Source: Eledone cirrhosa
Taxonomy: Eukaryota
Direction: 5' to 3'
Length of the DNA: 64,000 bases
Assembly: GCA_964016885.1 (NCBI GenBank)
Contig: OZ024740.1
Span: 207,204,001 to 207,268,000 of the forward strand
Notes under the pieces: generated by a model
The model's input: only the letters and a program-made list of their open reading frames with translations
Databases searched by the model: none
What the model was told of the DNA's origin: nothing
Shown here: piece after piece, positions 30,389 through 43,360 of the stretch
Layout of the letters: the number at the start of each line of letters is the position of its first letter
Position numbering within the stretch: the first letter of the stretch is position 1
Program-made: the position numbers and the translations under genes

Positions 30389-32256
30389 CATCATCATCGT
30401 TTAACGTCCATCTTCCACGCTTGCATGGGTTTGGACGAGAGTTTTCCCACTTGAGGCAAGAGTGGTTGTCTTGCTCGCATAGGACTGTCTGGCGGGTTTT
30501 CTATGGCTGGATGCCCTTCCTAACACCAACCACGTTTACAGTGTGGACTGGGAGGTTTTTACCGTGTTACCTACACGGCCACATTACACCGTGGACAGTG
30601 TGTTTTTTTGTCGTGACACCTACACGACCTCATTTGTTTCGGACTGGATGTTGTGGTACCAACATAACTTTACATTGAAAGGGGTGGTGTGGATGGGATG
30701 GGGGTAGTGGGACGGGGGTGTATTTTGTTAGAGGTGCCTACTGACTGTAGTAGATTTCACTTTGTACTTAGGTAAGGCGGGTCTTCTGTATTACTGTGTA
30801 GTGCCAAAGATCTCGGTCCAGTGACATTGTCTTGGAGAGGTGTAAGTGTGTGAGGTCGGAATTTATCAAGTCGTCCCAGGTTTTTCTGGGTCTGCCTACT
30901 CCGTGGCTACCGTCTATTTTTATTGCCCTGCACTTTTTTATACAGCTGTCGTCTTTCATGCGCATCACATGACCATACCAACGTAGTCTTCTCTCGAGTA
31001 AACAACATCTGATCCCTCTTATTTCTAATTTTTCCCTTAGTTCGTTTATGCTTTGCCGTTCACGTATATTACTATTACACATCCAGCGGAGCATGCAAGC
31101 TTCGTTCCTCTCCAGTCTGCGTATATCCTCTGCACACAATGCCCAGGTCTCACTGCCATGTAACATTGCTGTTCGTATGCAGGCATCATACAGCCTGCCT
31201 TTCATTTTTAGAGAGAACCCTTTAGCGGCTAATAGTGGTATAAGCTCTCTGAACTTTTTCCATCCAGTTCTGACTCTAGCTACTGTACTTTCAGAGCACC
31301 CTCGACCACTGCTGATTTTGTCACCCAAGTAACGGAAGGTGTCCACTATTTCTATAGAACCATCTGTGCAATGGAATGAGCTAGTATTCTGTGGGCACTT
31401 GCTGCTACTTATTGCACCAGAGCACCGGCCACATATAAAATCTATGTTCCTAGTTAGCTTACCTGTGATCCCACTACATCTTTTATGCACCCATACTTTG
31501 CATTTGGGACATAAAATGGAGTTTCTACCTACTCCTTTCCTACACACTGAGCATGGCCATTTCCCGGATGGGACCGGTGCCCTATTTTCCTTCCTACAAA
31601 CTAGAACTTTAGTCTTAGACAGGTTAATTTTAAGGCCTTTTGATTCTAGGCCATGCTTCCATGTTTGGAATTTCGTCTCTAGTTCTGCCATTGATTCAGC
31701 TATGAGCGTTAGATCATCTGCGTATAGGAGTTCCCATGGGCAGCCGGTCTTGAACTCCACTGTTATAGCCTGAAGGGCAATAATAAATAGTAGGGGGCTA
31801 AGAATGGAGCCCTGATGAACACCAACTTTTACGCTAAACTCTTCACTATATTCGTTGTTAATTCTAACCTTGCTGACCGTTTCTTTATACATGGCTTGTA
31901 TAGCTCTCACAAGCCATTCATCAACACTTAGTTTTCTAAGAGCCCACCAGATAATGGAACGGGGGACTCTGTCGAAAGCTTTCTCCAAGTCGACAAAAGC
32001 TAAGTATAGGGGTTTACTTTTAGCTAGGTACTTCTCCTGTAGTTGTCGTACAATGAAAAGAGCGTCTGTGGTACTTTTACCTGACACAAACCCGAACTGC
32101 ATTTCATCTAGATCAATTCTCTCTCTGATTAGTTGCGCTATTACTTTTTCTGTGACCTTCATGACCTGGTCGATTAATTTAATGCCTCTATAGTTACTCC
32201 TATCTAGGGCATCTCCTTTACCCTTGTAGCAGTTAATGATGATGCTGCTACGCCAG
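30388..32256 (-). mobile_element. Young 5'-truncated RTE-clade LINE with uninterrupted RT ORF (30768-32256), inserted in (TA)n
   Basis: SNYRGI, QFGF..GKSTTDA, FVDLEKAFDRV, GVHQGSILSPLLF, YADD, Cys-rich insert, FRYLG, RRLRWYGHVMRM, GRPRKTW; (GAT)n tail. Confidence 0.96.
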
Positions 32257-32275
32257 ATATATATATATATATGAA

Positions 32276-32590
32276 GGCACATAGCTTAGTGGTTAGAGCA
32301 TTGGTCTTGCAATCGAAAGGTTGTGAGTTCAATTCTCAGACTAGGTGATGTGTTGTTTCCTTGAGCAAGACACTTTATTTCACATTGCTCCAGTTTACTC
32401 AGCTGTAGAAATGAGATGATAGGGACTGGGGTCCCTATCATTCCACTGCAAAGTGGTCGTGGAGGTGCCATGGCAAAAAAGCACCCAGCACTCACTGTAA
32501 ATGAGGTTGGTGTTAGGAAGGGCATCTAGCTGTAGAAATCAAGCCAGAATCAGTTCCCGTCCCACCCTTGCAAGCAGGGAAAAGCGGATG
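32276..32590 (+). mobile_element. tRNA-derived SINE with CORE/Meta-like domain and RTE-type tail
   Basis: GGCACATAGCTTAGTGGTTAGAGC...GAGTTCAATTCTC head, CCTTGAGCAAGACACTT...CAGTTTACTCAGCTGTAGAAATG core, (GAT)n tail. Confidence 0.85.
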
Positions 32591-32689
32591 TAAAATGATG
32601 ATGATGATGATACATATGCACACACACATACATATATATTATGAAGAACAAAATGAGGTTTCGCAATGAGGATTTTATTGATTCGATTC

Positions 32690-32774
32690 AGTTATGAACG
32701 TTTCACAGATGGGTGGCTCAAGACCTACATTTGTGTTATAGACCTAACTCTAGCCCCAATCTGCTCATCAGACT
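32690..32774 (-). ncRNA. Hammerhead ribozyme motif with long stem II and weak stems I/III
   Basis: Minus strand: AGT-CTGATGA-GCAGAT...ATCTGT-GAAA-CGTTCA-TA-ACT. Confidence 0.55.
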
Positions 32775-33367
32775 TGTTAATGAGGCAAAACTAGAATCTT
32801 ATTTGAGGGCATAACACACACACACAAACATAAATATGAATTTTGTATACCTTAAATTATATGGTATGTTTAATAAATAAACATTTTGAAAGCCTAGCTA
32901 TGAATATTGAAAGGCTGACGGGTAGCGGGTTCCAGCAGAAGGAGTGGGGGATAACTGTCTATGCATTTCAAGTTCTGGCTATCATCAGTGCAGTGCTTTC
33001 CCTGCTTTCTGCTGGAACTTGAAGCAGGCAAAAATATATAGTTTGTCTGCCTGTGTAGGTGGGCTGATTAATCGCATTTGTATATGGAGTTGTGTAAGTT
33101 GGTTCAACTTAGAAGTAGAATTAAAATTTGACTCCGACATACATAAAAGTATGTGAATTTCATATATCTAAAGATATATATATATATATGTATATATATG
33201 TGTGTGTATATACAGATACACATATACATGTAACTGCACAGTCTACATATAACTGTTTAGATGCCATGTAATTATGCAGATCACATGTAATTGCCTAAAC
33301 TATATTATACATTTAGAAGATTTTGAACTGATATATATCTAAAGATGAAGACTACAACATGCTGGAT

Positions 33368-35835
33368 TGACATAGTTGACAGTTTACAATGATATGGGCT
33401 ACAGTGACATAGTTGACGGTTTACAATGATATGGGCTACATTGACATAGTTGACGGTTTACAATGATATGGGCTACAGTGACATAGTTGACGGTTTACAA
33501 TGATATGGGCTACATTGACATAGCTGAGGGTTTACAATGATATGGGCTACAGTGACATAGTTGACGGTTTACAATGATATGGGCTACAGTGACATAGCTG
33601 AGGGTTTACAATGATATGGGCTACATTGACATAGCTGAGGGTTTACAATGATATGGGCTACAGTGACATAGTTGACAGTTTACAATGATATGAGCTACAG
33701 TGACATAGTTGAGGGTTTACAATGATATGGGCTACAGTGACATAGCTGAGGGTTTACAATGATATGGGCTACATTGACATAGCTGAGGGTTTACAATGAT
33801 ATGGGCTACATTGACATAGCTGAGGGTTTACAATGATATGGGCTACATTGACATAGCTGAGGGTTTACAATGATATGGGCTACATTGACATAGTTGAGGG
33901 TTTACAATGATATGGGCTACATTGACATAGCTGAGGGTTTACAATGATATGGGCTACAGTGACATAGTTGACGGTTTACAATGATATGGGTTACAGTGAC
34001 ATAGTTGAGGGTTTACAATGATATGGGCTACATTGACATAGTTGAGGGTTTACAATGATATGGGCTACAGTGACATAGTTGAGGGTTTACAATGATATGG
34101 GCTACAGTGACATAGCTGAGGGTTTACAATGATATGGGCTACAGTGACATAGCTGAGGGTTTACAATGATATGGGCTACATTGACATAGCTGAGGGTTTA
34201 CAATGATATGGGCTACAGTGACATAGTTGAGGGTTTACAATGATATGGGTTACAGTGACATAGTTGAGGGTTTACAATGATATGGGCTACAGTGACATAG
34301 CTGAGGGTTTACAATGATATGGGCTACAGTGACATAGCTGAGGGTTTACAATGATATGGGCTACATTGACATAGTTGAGGGTTTACAATGATATGGGCTA
34401 CATTGACATAGTTGAGGGTTTACAATGATATGGGCTACAGTGACATAGTTGACAGTTTACAATGATATGGGCTACAGTGACATAGTTGAGGGTTTACAAT
34501 GATATGGGCTACAGTGACATAGTTGACAGTTTACAATGATATGGGCTACAGTGACATAGTTGAGGGTTTACAATGATATGGGCTACATTGACATAGCTGA
34601 GGGTTTACAATGATATGGGCTACAGTGACATAGTTGACAGTTTACAATGATATGGGCTACATTGACATAGCTGAGGGTTTACAATGATATGGGCTACAGT
34701 GACATAGCTGAGGGTTTACAATGATATGGGCTACAGTGACATAGTTGACAGTTTACAATGATATGGGCTACATTGACATAGCTGAGGGTTTACAATGATA
34801 TGGGCTACATTGACATAGCTGAGGGTTTACAATGATATGGGCTACAGTGACATAGTCGACAGTTTACAATGATATGGGCTACAGTGACATAGTTGAGGGT
34901 TTACAATGATATGGGCTACAGTGACATAGTTGACAGTTTACAATGATATGGGCTACAGTGACATAGCTGAGGGTTTACAATGATATGGGCTACAGTGACA
35001 TAGTTGACAGTTTACAATGATATGGGCTACAGTGACATAGTTGAGGGTTTACAATGATATGGGCTACAGTGACATAGTTGACAGTTTACAATGATATGGG
35101 CTACAGTGACATAGCTGAGGGTTTACAATGATATGGGCTACAGTGACATAGTTGACAGTTTACAATGATATGGGCTACAGTGACATAGCTGAGGGTTTAC
35201 AATGATATGGGCTACATTGACATAGCTGAGGGTTTACAATGATATGGGCTACAGTGACATAGTTGACAGTTTACAATGATATGGGCTACAGTGACATAGT
35301 TGAGGGTTTACAATGATATGGGTTACAGTGACATAGTTGACGGTTTACAATGATATGGGCTACAGTGACATAGTTGAGGGTTTACAATGATATGGGCTAC
35401 AGTGACATAGTTGACAGTTTACAATGATATGGGCTACAGTGACATAGTTGAGGGTTTACAATGATATGGGTTACAGTGACATAGTTGACGGTTTACAATG
35501 ATATGGGCTACAGTGACATAGTTGAGGGTTTACAATGATATGGGCTACAGTGACATAGCTGAGGGTTTACAATGATATGGGCTACAGTGACATAGTTGAG
35601 GGTTTACAATGATATGGGCTACAGTGACATAGTTGAGGGTTTACAATGATATGGGCTACATTGACATAGTTGACGGTTTACAATGATATGGGCTACAGTG
35701 ACATAGTTGAGGGTTTACAATGATATGGGCTACAGTGACATAGTTGAGGGTTTAGTGATATAGGCTACATTGACATAGTTGATGGGTTACAACAACATGG
35801 AAGACATTGACACAATTGACGGTTTACAATATAAG
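33368..35835. repeat. 37-bp minisatellite, about 65 copies
   Basis: TGACATAG(T/C)TGA(GG/CG/CA)GTTTACAATGATATGGGCTACA(G/T); copies start at 33368, 33405, 33442... Confidence 0.98.
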
Positions 35836-36439
35836 CTACATTGACAGTTAAGAGTTATGAGTCCCACCAAAATAGGTTACAGCAATTTGAAGTGTTTCAA
35901 CAATAATGGCTCAATGGTATAAAGCTATAGCAATAAGGAACAATTATTATGTTGTGGTTTACAGCAGTAATGTGAATTGTTGATCCTTATTGCTTCTGGA
36001 AGTCAGGGTGAACAACTCAGAGATACAACAACATAACATAGGTTAAATGTTCTTGACTACTACAACATGAACCAACAGGCATACAGCAGCAGAGGTCAAT
36101 AACAGCAACAACACTAATAAGTATCAACAGCTTAAGGTGACTGAAACATTAAATTGAACCTTACAGCATTTAAGTTTCATAATCAGAGAGGTGCAGACAC
36201 ACGAGATAGAAACACATTATATATACACACGCACACATAAACATATACACACACACACATAGATCATATATATATATGCAACAATACAATATACAACACA
36301 ACAGTGCAGTGGACAAACAAACCAAATTATCCGGATCCTTCTGTAAGATACAATAATCACAAAATCCCAAACAACTGAAGAAATATCAGAGGTTAGGTGT
36401 GTAAAATACAGTAGACATAAAAAGACAGGTGTGTGTATT

Positions 36440-36803
<364 letters not shown>

Positions 36804-37032
36804 TAAAGAGAGAGATTTACAAATAATAAAAAGGAGAATACAAACAAACAAAAATAAACCAACTAAAAACAATAAAAAACAAAACACATGGGTCAATAGT
36901 TGACCCTTAAAATATTTATCTAACAGGCTGTTGATTATTCAGTTATTTATTTACCAGTTTATTAAGGCATTGAGATAATGATGGTTTATATATAAAGTTA
37001 TACCGGTATATATATAGAGTGGGTAATATATA

Positions 37033-37472
37033 TATATTGTTATACTTTGGGAGGGTCATGCTGCCAATAAAAACACATGCACCTGTTTGGTTTTCACTTC
37101 AATTTATTATAAATTTCCGGTTGGTTGGTTGGTTCAATAACCCGAAGGTTGTTTATATATTGTCAGAAAACAGGAGTGGAATAGCAACAACACAGCTAGT
37201 AATTAAGGACACAATGAAGACATACAGACACACACAGATAGAACAAACAACCAACTAGTGACAAGTAAATAAACACATTAATAAATTAAAAAAACACACA
37301 TACACACACACAACACACAGCATAAAAACCTAGTCACTGAGGAGGTCACAGATTGTGTGACGAAAGAGCTTTGACAATATATTAACAACATTCCGGTTAT
37401 CGAACCAACCAACCAACCAACAGGTGCGTGTATTTTTATTGGCAGCACGACCCTCCGAAAGTATCACAATAT
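37033..37472. repeat. Inverted repeat enclosing a hammerhead motif
   Basis: ATACTTTGGGAGGGTCATGCTGCCAATAAAAACACATGCACCTGTT / AACAGGTGCGTGTATTTTTATTGGCAGCACGACCCTCCGAAAGTAT. Confidence 0.88.
37333..37375 (+). ncRNA. Minimal type I hammerhead ribozyme
   Basis: GTCA-CTGAGGA-G-GTCACA(GATTG)TGTGAC-GAAA-GAGC-TT-TGAC: intact core, perfect stems I and II, 2-bp stem III. Confidence 0.8.
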
Positions 37473-37524
37473 CTGTTTCAACACACGTTTTCTGAAATCT
37501 CGCAAAACAATTTCAAAAACGAAT

Positions 37525-37578
<54 letters not shown>

Positions 37579-37744
37579 AGTCCTGAGTTCAATCGGCAAT
37601 AACCACAGTTAGTAACGTACTCAATATATTAGCAGAGTGTAAACATCAAGTTTAATATAGAAATGGCTTCTATCAGGAAAGCCCTAATGATTTCTTTTGA
37701 ATGAAACAGTTCTAGTCCTGTACAAGTCATTTCTATATTAAATT

Positions 37745-37795
<51 letters not shown>

Positions 37796-37916
37796 GGAGG
37801 TGAGTTTTATTGTAGTACAATAAAGCAATGCAGATATCGGATAAGAAGCACTCTACAGTTTGTGGGACTGGAGTATGCATAATATAAGATCAAAAGATGG
37901 TTAAAGGAGTTCCATA

Positions 37917-37987
37917 TATTTTATTATGCGCATTTCAAAAACAAACATCATCAAGCAATAATATTTGTGTTTTCATCAGATAAAACA
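37917..37987 (-). ncRNA. Type I hammerhead ribozyme (inverted copy, sense to the syndecan pre-mRNA)
   Basis: Reverse complement of 39587-39657. Confidence 0.78.
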
Positions 37988-39586
37988 GGAGAACATGATA
38001 TGAAGGCTAAAAAACACTTGTTGATAGTGCAGTTTTAAATCAACATATGAAAAGTGGTTTTAGATTGATGTGTGATATTGGGAAAAATATTTTATTTAGA
38101 GAGGGGGGGGGGGGAAAGGATGAAAAGGGAAGGAGATGAGAGGGAGAGATGGGTGATAGAGAGAAAGAGATAGTTTTTATAACTGAGAAAAAGATATATT
38201 GTTTTAATATAGAGAGGTTGGGAACCGTTGGAAGATAATGTATAAATTAAAGGAATTTGAAAATTAACGAAGGGAAATTATGTATGAAGATTAGTTCTTT
38301 TAAGTTTGTATTTGAAACTTAATCCTTAATACAAACTTAAAAGAACTAACACTGCTCTCTCAGAACTCATATGGTCCTTAAAAGACAAAAACATTAAATA
38401 TAACATCTTTTGGAAAAAGATTTCTTCTGCATCCTCATACTTGAACAGCTCTCTATCTAAAATCTGTAATCTCTGCCTAAATGAAAAATTTACCATTATC
38501 TCTAACCTAGATTCTATAATAAACAGACGCTCAGATTTGTTTTCTATCTGCCTGCATAAATTCCATAGAACTTTTCACAAAGTATACAGTTAATATTCAA
38601 TTCTTTATCAATTTAGAATCTTTTCTCAAAGGCACATATACATACACCTCTTTAAAATATACCCATCTACCTTACCTTACGTTAAAGGGCATTATACACT
38701 CTATAATACTCGTTTACTCATTACCCTCATTCTATCTTCTCGTAAAATAATAACATTTGTTTTTGACATTTTGAATATTCATCCGCAATCATTATTATTT
38801 TTTCTCTCTATCATAAATCTTTTTAATCTCAATTTCATCCTTAATTTATTATTATTTTTTTCTCCCCATCAACGAACTCATTATTAATACATATCAATTC
38901 AATATACAAACTTTAACTTCACATTATTTTTCTCAAATCCTTCTACACGCAAACCATAACAATTTTTCTCTTCGCTAATTTTGAAATTGCCACAATACAT
39001 ACATTTCTTCTTTTGACGTTAGAATATTCACCCACAATTATTATTTTTTTTCTCTCTATCTTCATACATAATTTCCCTTCGTTAATTTTCAAATTCCTTT
39101 AATTTATACATTATCTTCCAATGGTTCCCAACCTCTCTATATTAAAACAATATATCTTTTTCTCAGTTATAAAAACTATCTCTTTCTCTCTATCACCCAT
39201 CTTTCCCTCTCCACCTTCACTCTCATCTCCTCCCCCCTTCTTTTTCATCCTTTCCACCCCACCCCCCTCCCTAAATAAAATATTTTTTCCTCGCACATAT
39301 CCTCCCTTCGTTAATTTTCAAAATTTTTAATTTATACAGCATCTTCCAACGGTTTTCAACCCCTCTATGTAAAAATATATCTCCTCTCAGTTATAAAAAC
39401 TATCTCTTTCTCTCTATCACCCATCTCTCCCTCTCATCTCCTTCCCTTTTAATCCTTCCCCCCCCCCCCCTCTCTAAATAAAATATTTTTCCCAATATCA
39501 CACATCAATCTAAAACCACTTTTCATATGTTGATTTAAAACTGCACTATTAAACAGGTGTTTTTTAGCCTTCATATCATGTTCTCC

Positions 39587-39657
39587 TGTTTTATCTGATG
39601 AAAACACAAATATTATTGCTTGATGATGTTTGTTTTTGAAATGCGCATAATAAAATA
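39587..39657 (+). ncRNA. Type I hammerhead ribozyme with palindromic stem III
   Basis: TGTTTTAT-CTGATGA-AAACACAAATATTATT(GCTT)GATGATGTTTGTTTTT-GAAA-TGCGCA-TA-ATAAAATA. Confidence 0.8.
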
Positions 39658-40250
39658 TATGGAACTCCTTTAACCATCTTTTGATCTTATATTATATATA
39701 TATATATATATATATAACTTATATCTGTATATATCATACATACATACATACAAACATACATATATATATATATATATATATCAATCCACAAATATGTCCA
39801 AGTACCCCAAAATAAAACTGAAAGAACATATAGTCATGTTTCTCCCTGAAGGAGACAAAATATTATTTATATATATATATATATATGAACATATTGAAAT
39901 TTTACTGATTGCAACAAGATATTTGTCAAAATATCAAAGAATAATCTAGTACATGGATGTTAGATTTACATGAAATGATTAACTAAAAAAAGGTTAACGA
40001 TATAATGATAATTTAATAATCTACGTAAGAATCAAACAGTTGAAATGAATATGTTGCATTAGAGGACTAAAACTAACAATGGTGCATGAGTAGAATGACA
40101 TGTGAAATATTTAGATTGGCTTCACTAATAAGGAATTCTAATGAAGAGGAAGGAATTTTAATGATACCACAGTTGTTAGTGTAATTGAGTCTATATATAA
40201 TTGAATTTTAGTGAAGAATAATTGTGACTTATTTCCCATACTTATAGTTC

Positions 40251-40287
<37 letters not shown>

Positions 40288-40422
40288 TGATAGTAGTAGT
40301 AGTGATAGTGGTAGTAGTAGTGTTGTTTTCATCTGTTGCTGAGAAATGTTCAATAAAGACTGATACTTATATATAATTCTTAATATTAGGATTGAACTGT
40401 CTGTGTTTCTCTGTATATGTAA

Positions 40423-40489
<67 letters not shown>

Positions 40490-40907
40490 TATATATATAT
40501 ATTTACATATATATATTTAGTGTGTAATCCTAGATAGTTAAATCTTCTCCTTTGCCAATGATCCAAGATTTGACATCTATGATTCGCCTATTAATGGTGA
40601 AATATATTTCTTCAATGGAATATATACAAAGGAGATTAATGATTATTGCAAGGTATCTATATTCAAGGTTCTTGCTAATTTTTAATATGTTACCTCCGTA
40701 ACTATGTGTTTACACTCTTTACAAATTAACTAACTCCTGTAATTGTTTGATATGTTTATTTTATATATATATATATGTCAATCGACTTTTAATTTAATGT
40801 TAATAAATACTTGGATTTATTACTTGGAATCTTTGAGCTTATTCCACAGCTGGTATGGCGCATGCTCCTGATATTCTCAGACATGGCATCTTTAATCTAA
40901 TTTGGTA

Positions 40908-40944
<37 letters not shown>

Positions 40945-40948
<4 letters not shown>

Positions 40949-41204
40949 CTGAGTTTTTTAAATATTAATAATAACATTCGATACGTTTGCAATTATGCAA
41001 ACAAGCCTCAATTTTATAGCCATGTCAGTAGAATGAACCCTTCATTCTTGCTCTTGTGTTGGCATGTGAATAGTTCTGTTCCCATGCCAACATAGGAGCA
41101 AGAATGAAGGGTTCATTATACTGACATGGCTATAAAATTGAGGCTTATTTGCATAATTGCAAACGAATCGAATGTTATTATTAATATTCGAAAAACTCAG
41201 ATTA
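40945..41204. repeat. Near-perfect fold-back hairpin, ~122-bp arms, ~16-nt loop
   Basis: TAATCTGAGTTTTT...CTTGCTCTTGTGTTGGCATG / CATGCCAACATAGGAGCAAG...AAAAACTCAGATTA; abuts (TA)n. Confidence 0.95.
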
Positions 41205-41257
41205 CATTATTGTATTCAGCCATGTATAGCGAACATTTTCTTTTATATATATATATA

Positions 41258-41415
41258 AAATTAGTTACAGTGACATTTACAGGTACTTAAGTTTTGTAGG
41301 TTAACACACCCCCAACTCATCCAGTCATCCAGTCTGTTATATAAAAAATGAATGAGCTGGGGTGTATAACCCAACAAAACTAAAGTACCAGTATATGTCA
41401 CTGTTGTAACTAATT
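41258..41415. repeat. Imperfect fold-back hairpin, ~60-bp arms
   Basis: CAGTGACATTTACAGGTACTTAAGTTTTG...CACCCCAACTCAT / ATGAGCTGGGGTG...CAAAACTAAAGTACCAGTATATGTCACTG. Confidence 0.85.
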
Positions 41416-41658
41416 ATACTTAACTTGTCCTATGGACCAAGTGCTCTTACCCTTGGGTATTTCTACCAAACTAATACTACAGTATATACACATATATATA
41501 TATATATATTATTTATGTTCATACACAGAATGAGAAAGCATTACTTTAGATTTCAAGGTTCAGTTATGGCCATCTTCCCAGATTGTGTATGGTGGTGCAG
41601 AATGATTAAGGAACAATCAAAGTTGGGACCTAGTCACCAGGTGCTGAGACAAGTTTAA

Positions 41659-41694
<36 letters not shown>

Positions 41695-41765
41695 AATGAT
41701 GAATCAACACATAACAGATATGTTTAGAATTTGTCTTTCTTAATAAGTAATTTCAATAGAGCCAT

Positions 41766-42281
41766 AATAACCAAATTAAAGATATATGTTTATATATTAT
41801 AAGAAAAACACAGTATATTGTATATATACCAAATACATATTCTATAGAAGAATATGTACACAGATGGAATCGTAAGTGAAACCCTGTAGCGCTATTTCAT
41901 ACCTGGAGAGTATGATTAAAAATCGATCTATGTAATTGATTATTGAAAGAAAGAAAAAAAAAAAATGGTGAGACTAAACCTCTGAAGAGAACCTGAATCT
42001 CATATGGTTTAATCATAATCGATAGTTTGTCTTCGATGATTGAATATATTGATTGATTTTTATTTTCTTTCTTTCGATGATCAATTACATAGATCGATTT
42101 TTAACCATATCTCCAGGTGTGAAATAAGGTTTCACTTATGATTCCATCTGCGTACATATTCTTCTATTGAATATATATTTGGTATATATACAATATACTG
42201 TGTTTCTCTTACAATATAAGGCCCTCTCTCTCTATATATATATATATTATATATAAACATATATCGTTTAATTTGGTTATA
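41766..42281. repeat. Inverted repeat, ~195-bp arms, degenerate hammerhead in the loop
   Basis: ATAACCAAATTAAA...ATCGATCTATGTAATTGAT / ATCAATTACATAGATCGAT...TTTAATTTGGTTAT. Loop has AGACTAAAC-CT-CTGAAGA-GAACC..GGTTT..GTTTGTCT without GAAA. Confidence 0.88.
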
Positions 42282-42775
42282 TATATATCTATGTGTAGAG
42301 GGTTACTTAAAATAGCCTAGTGATATAGAATATGCGAAACCACTGGTAAAACACCTCTTGTTTTACAATATAAAGCTGTTTGTTTTAAAGTGTTTATATT
42401 TATCTAAAACCTTCCATCATAATTTTATAAAGAACCTTTGCCATCTTATGCTCCAAATTCTAATTTGATAATGATAAAGTTAGTTATTTTATTAAACCCT
42501 TCCATCATAAGTCAGTGTGGAAAGCAGCCTTAAAATGATATGTGAAAAACTGACATGTAAATGAGGCAACACACCCATAATTCACATAAACAACTGGAGA
42601 TTAAGTCACAATATTGATCCCTCTTACATTCTGGCGATATGGTCAATATTGGGTCTTGAAACCATAAGCAGTGCTTTTGTTCCATGTATGAATATAAATA
42701 TAGATAAATAATATATATATGTATGCTGGGCACATAGGCATTAGGATGTGTGTTTTCCTGCCAGCGACATATCAA

Positions 42776-42888
42776 ATATATCGATTTTCATCTGAGGAAA
42801 CCGTTCTCATAATCAACAGCAAATGCATAAAGGACATCTCGATTGCATGGAGAACCGTGGAAATAATTATTATGATTAAACGATATAT
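42776..42888 (+). ncRNA. Type I hammerhead ribozyme with extended stem II
   Basis: ATATATCGATTTTCAT-CTGAGGA-..GTTCTC..AATC/GATT..GAGAAC..-GAAA-TAATTA-TT-ATGATTAAACGATATAT. Confidence 0.7.
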
Positions 42889-42910
42889 GTAACCTCAGCA
42901 TCTTATTTTG

Positions 42911-42985
<75 letters not shown>

Positions 42986-43070
42986 TATATATATATATAT
43001 GCATATATATATACTGCCAATACTGGAATTGAACTATCAAGACAGTTGAGGTATGTCATACGTCAATTCA

Positions 43071-43138
43071 TGTATTTTATCTGACGAGGACGTACTGAAA
43101 AGCCAGCACAGTACCTTCGAAATATATACAATAAAACA
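43071..43138 (+). ncRNA. Type I hammerhead ribozyme motif (cleavage-site U possibly mutated to C)
   Basis: TTTTAT-CTGACGA-GGA.GTACTG/CAGTAC.TTC-GAAA-TATATA-CA-ATAAAA. Confidence 0.68.
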
Positions 43139-43360
43139 TATATTTTGATTATGTGAATGTCTTCATTTATTATTATTCTGAATAATAATAACTCCTGAAA
43201 ACTTTTTTGTAGAGTGCTTTTAATCTATTGTAAAACTATATTCATTAAGTAATCAATGAACCATATTAATCTTTGGTTATATATATATATATATATCCAG
43301 CGAATTTTCAACCGTCAAGATTGTTTTCCATGGTTATGTCACTATTTATAAAACAAATTT

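Larger units (their letters stand above)
37879..39694 (+). mobile_element. 5'-truncated Penelope-like element: inverted pseudo-LTR, endonuclease C-terminus, pseudo-LTR with hammerhead
   Basis: 37879-38290 is the reverse complement of sequence in 39058-39694. 38345-38593 reads TALSELIWSLKDKNIKYNIFWKKISSASSY...CNLCLNEKFTII...INRRSDLFSICLHK*, the GIY-YIG C-terminal signature of Neptune/Nematis-type PLEs. Right end runs into (TA)n. Confidence 0.85.

Noticed and set aside
32276-32350. tRNA gene
   Set aside because: tRNA-like head of a SINE that continues into core and LINE tail; no complete cloverleaf.
36327-36340. Possible terminal micro-exon encoding EGSG* after tcttacag
   Set aside because: Too short to distinguish from chance without RNA data.
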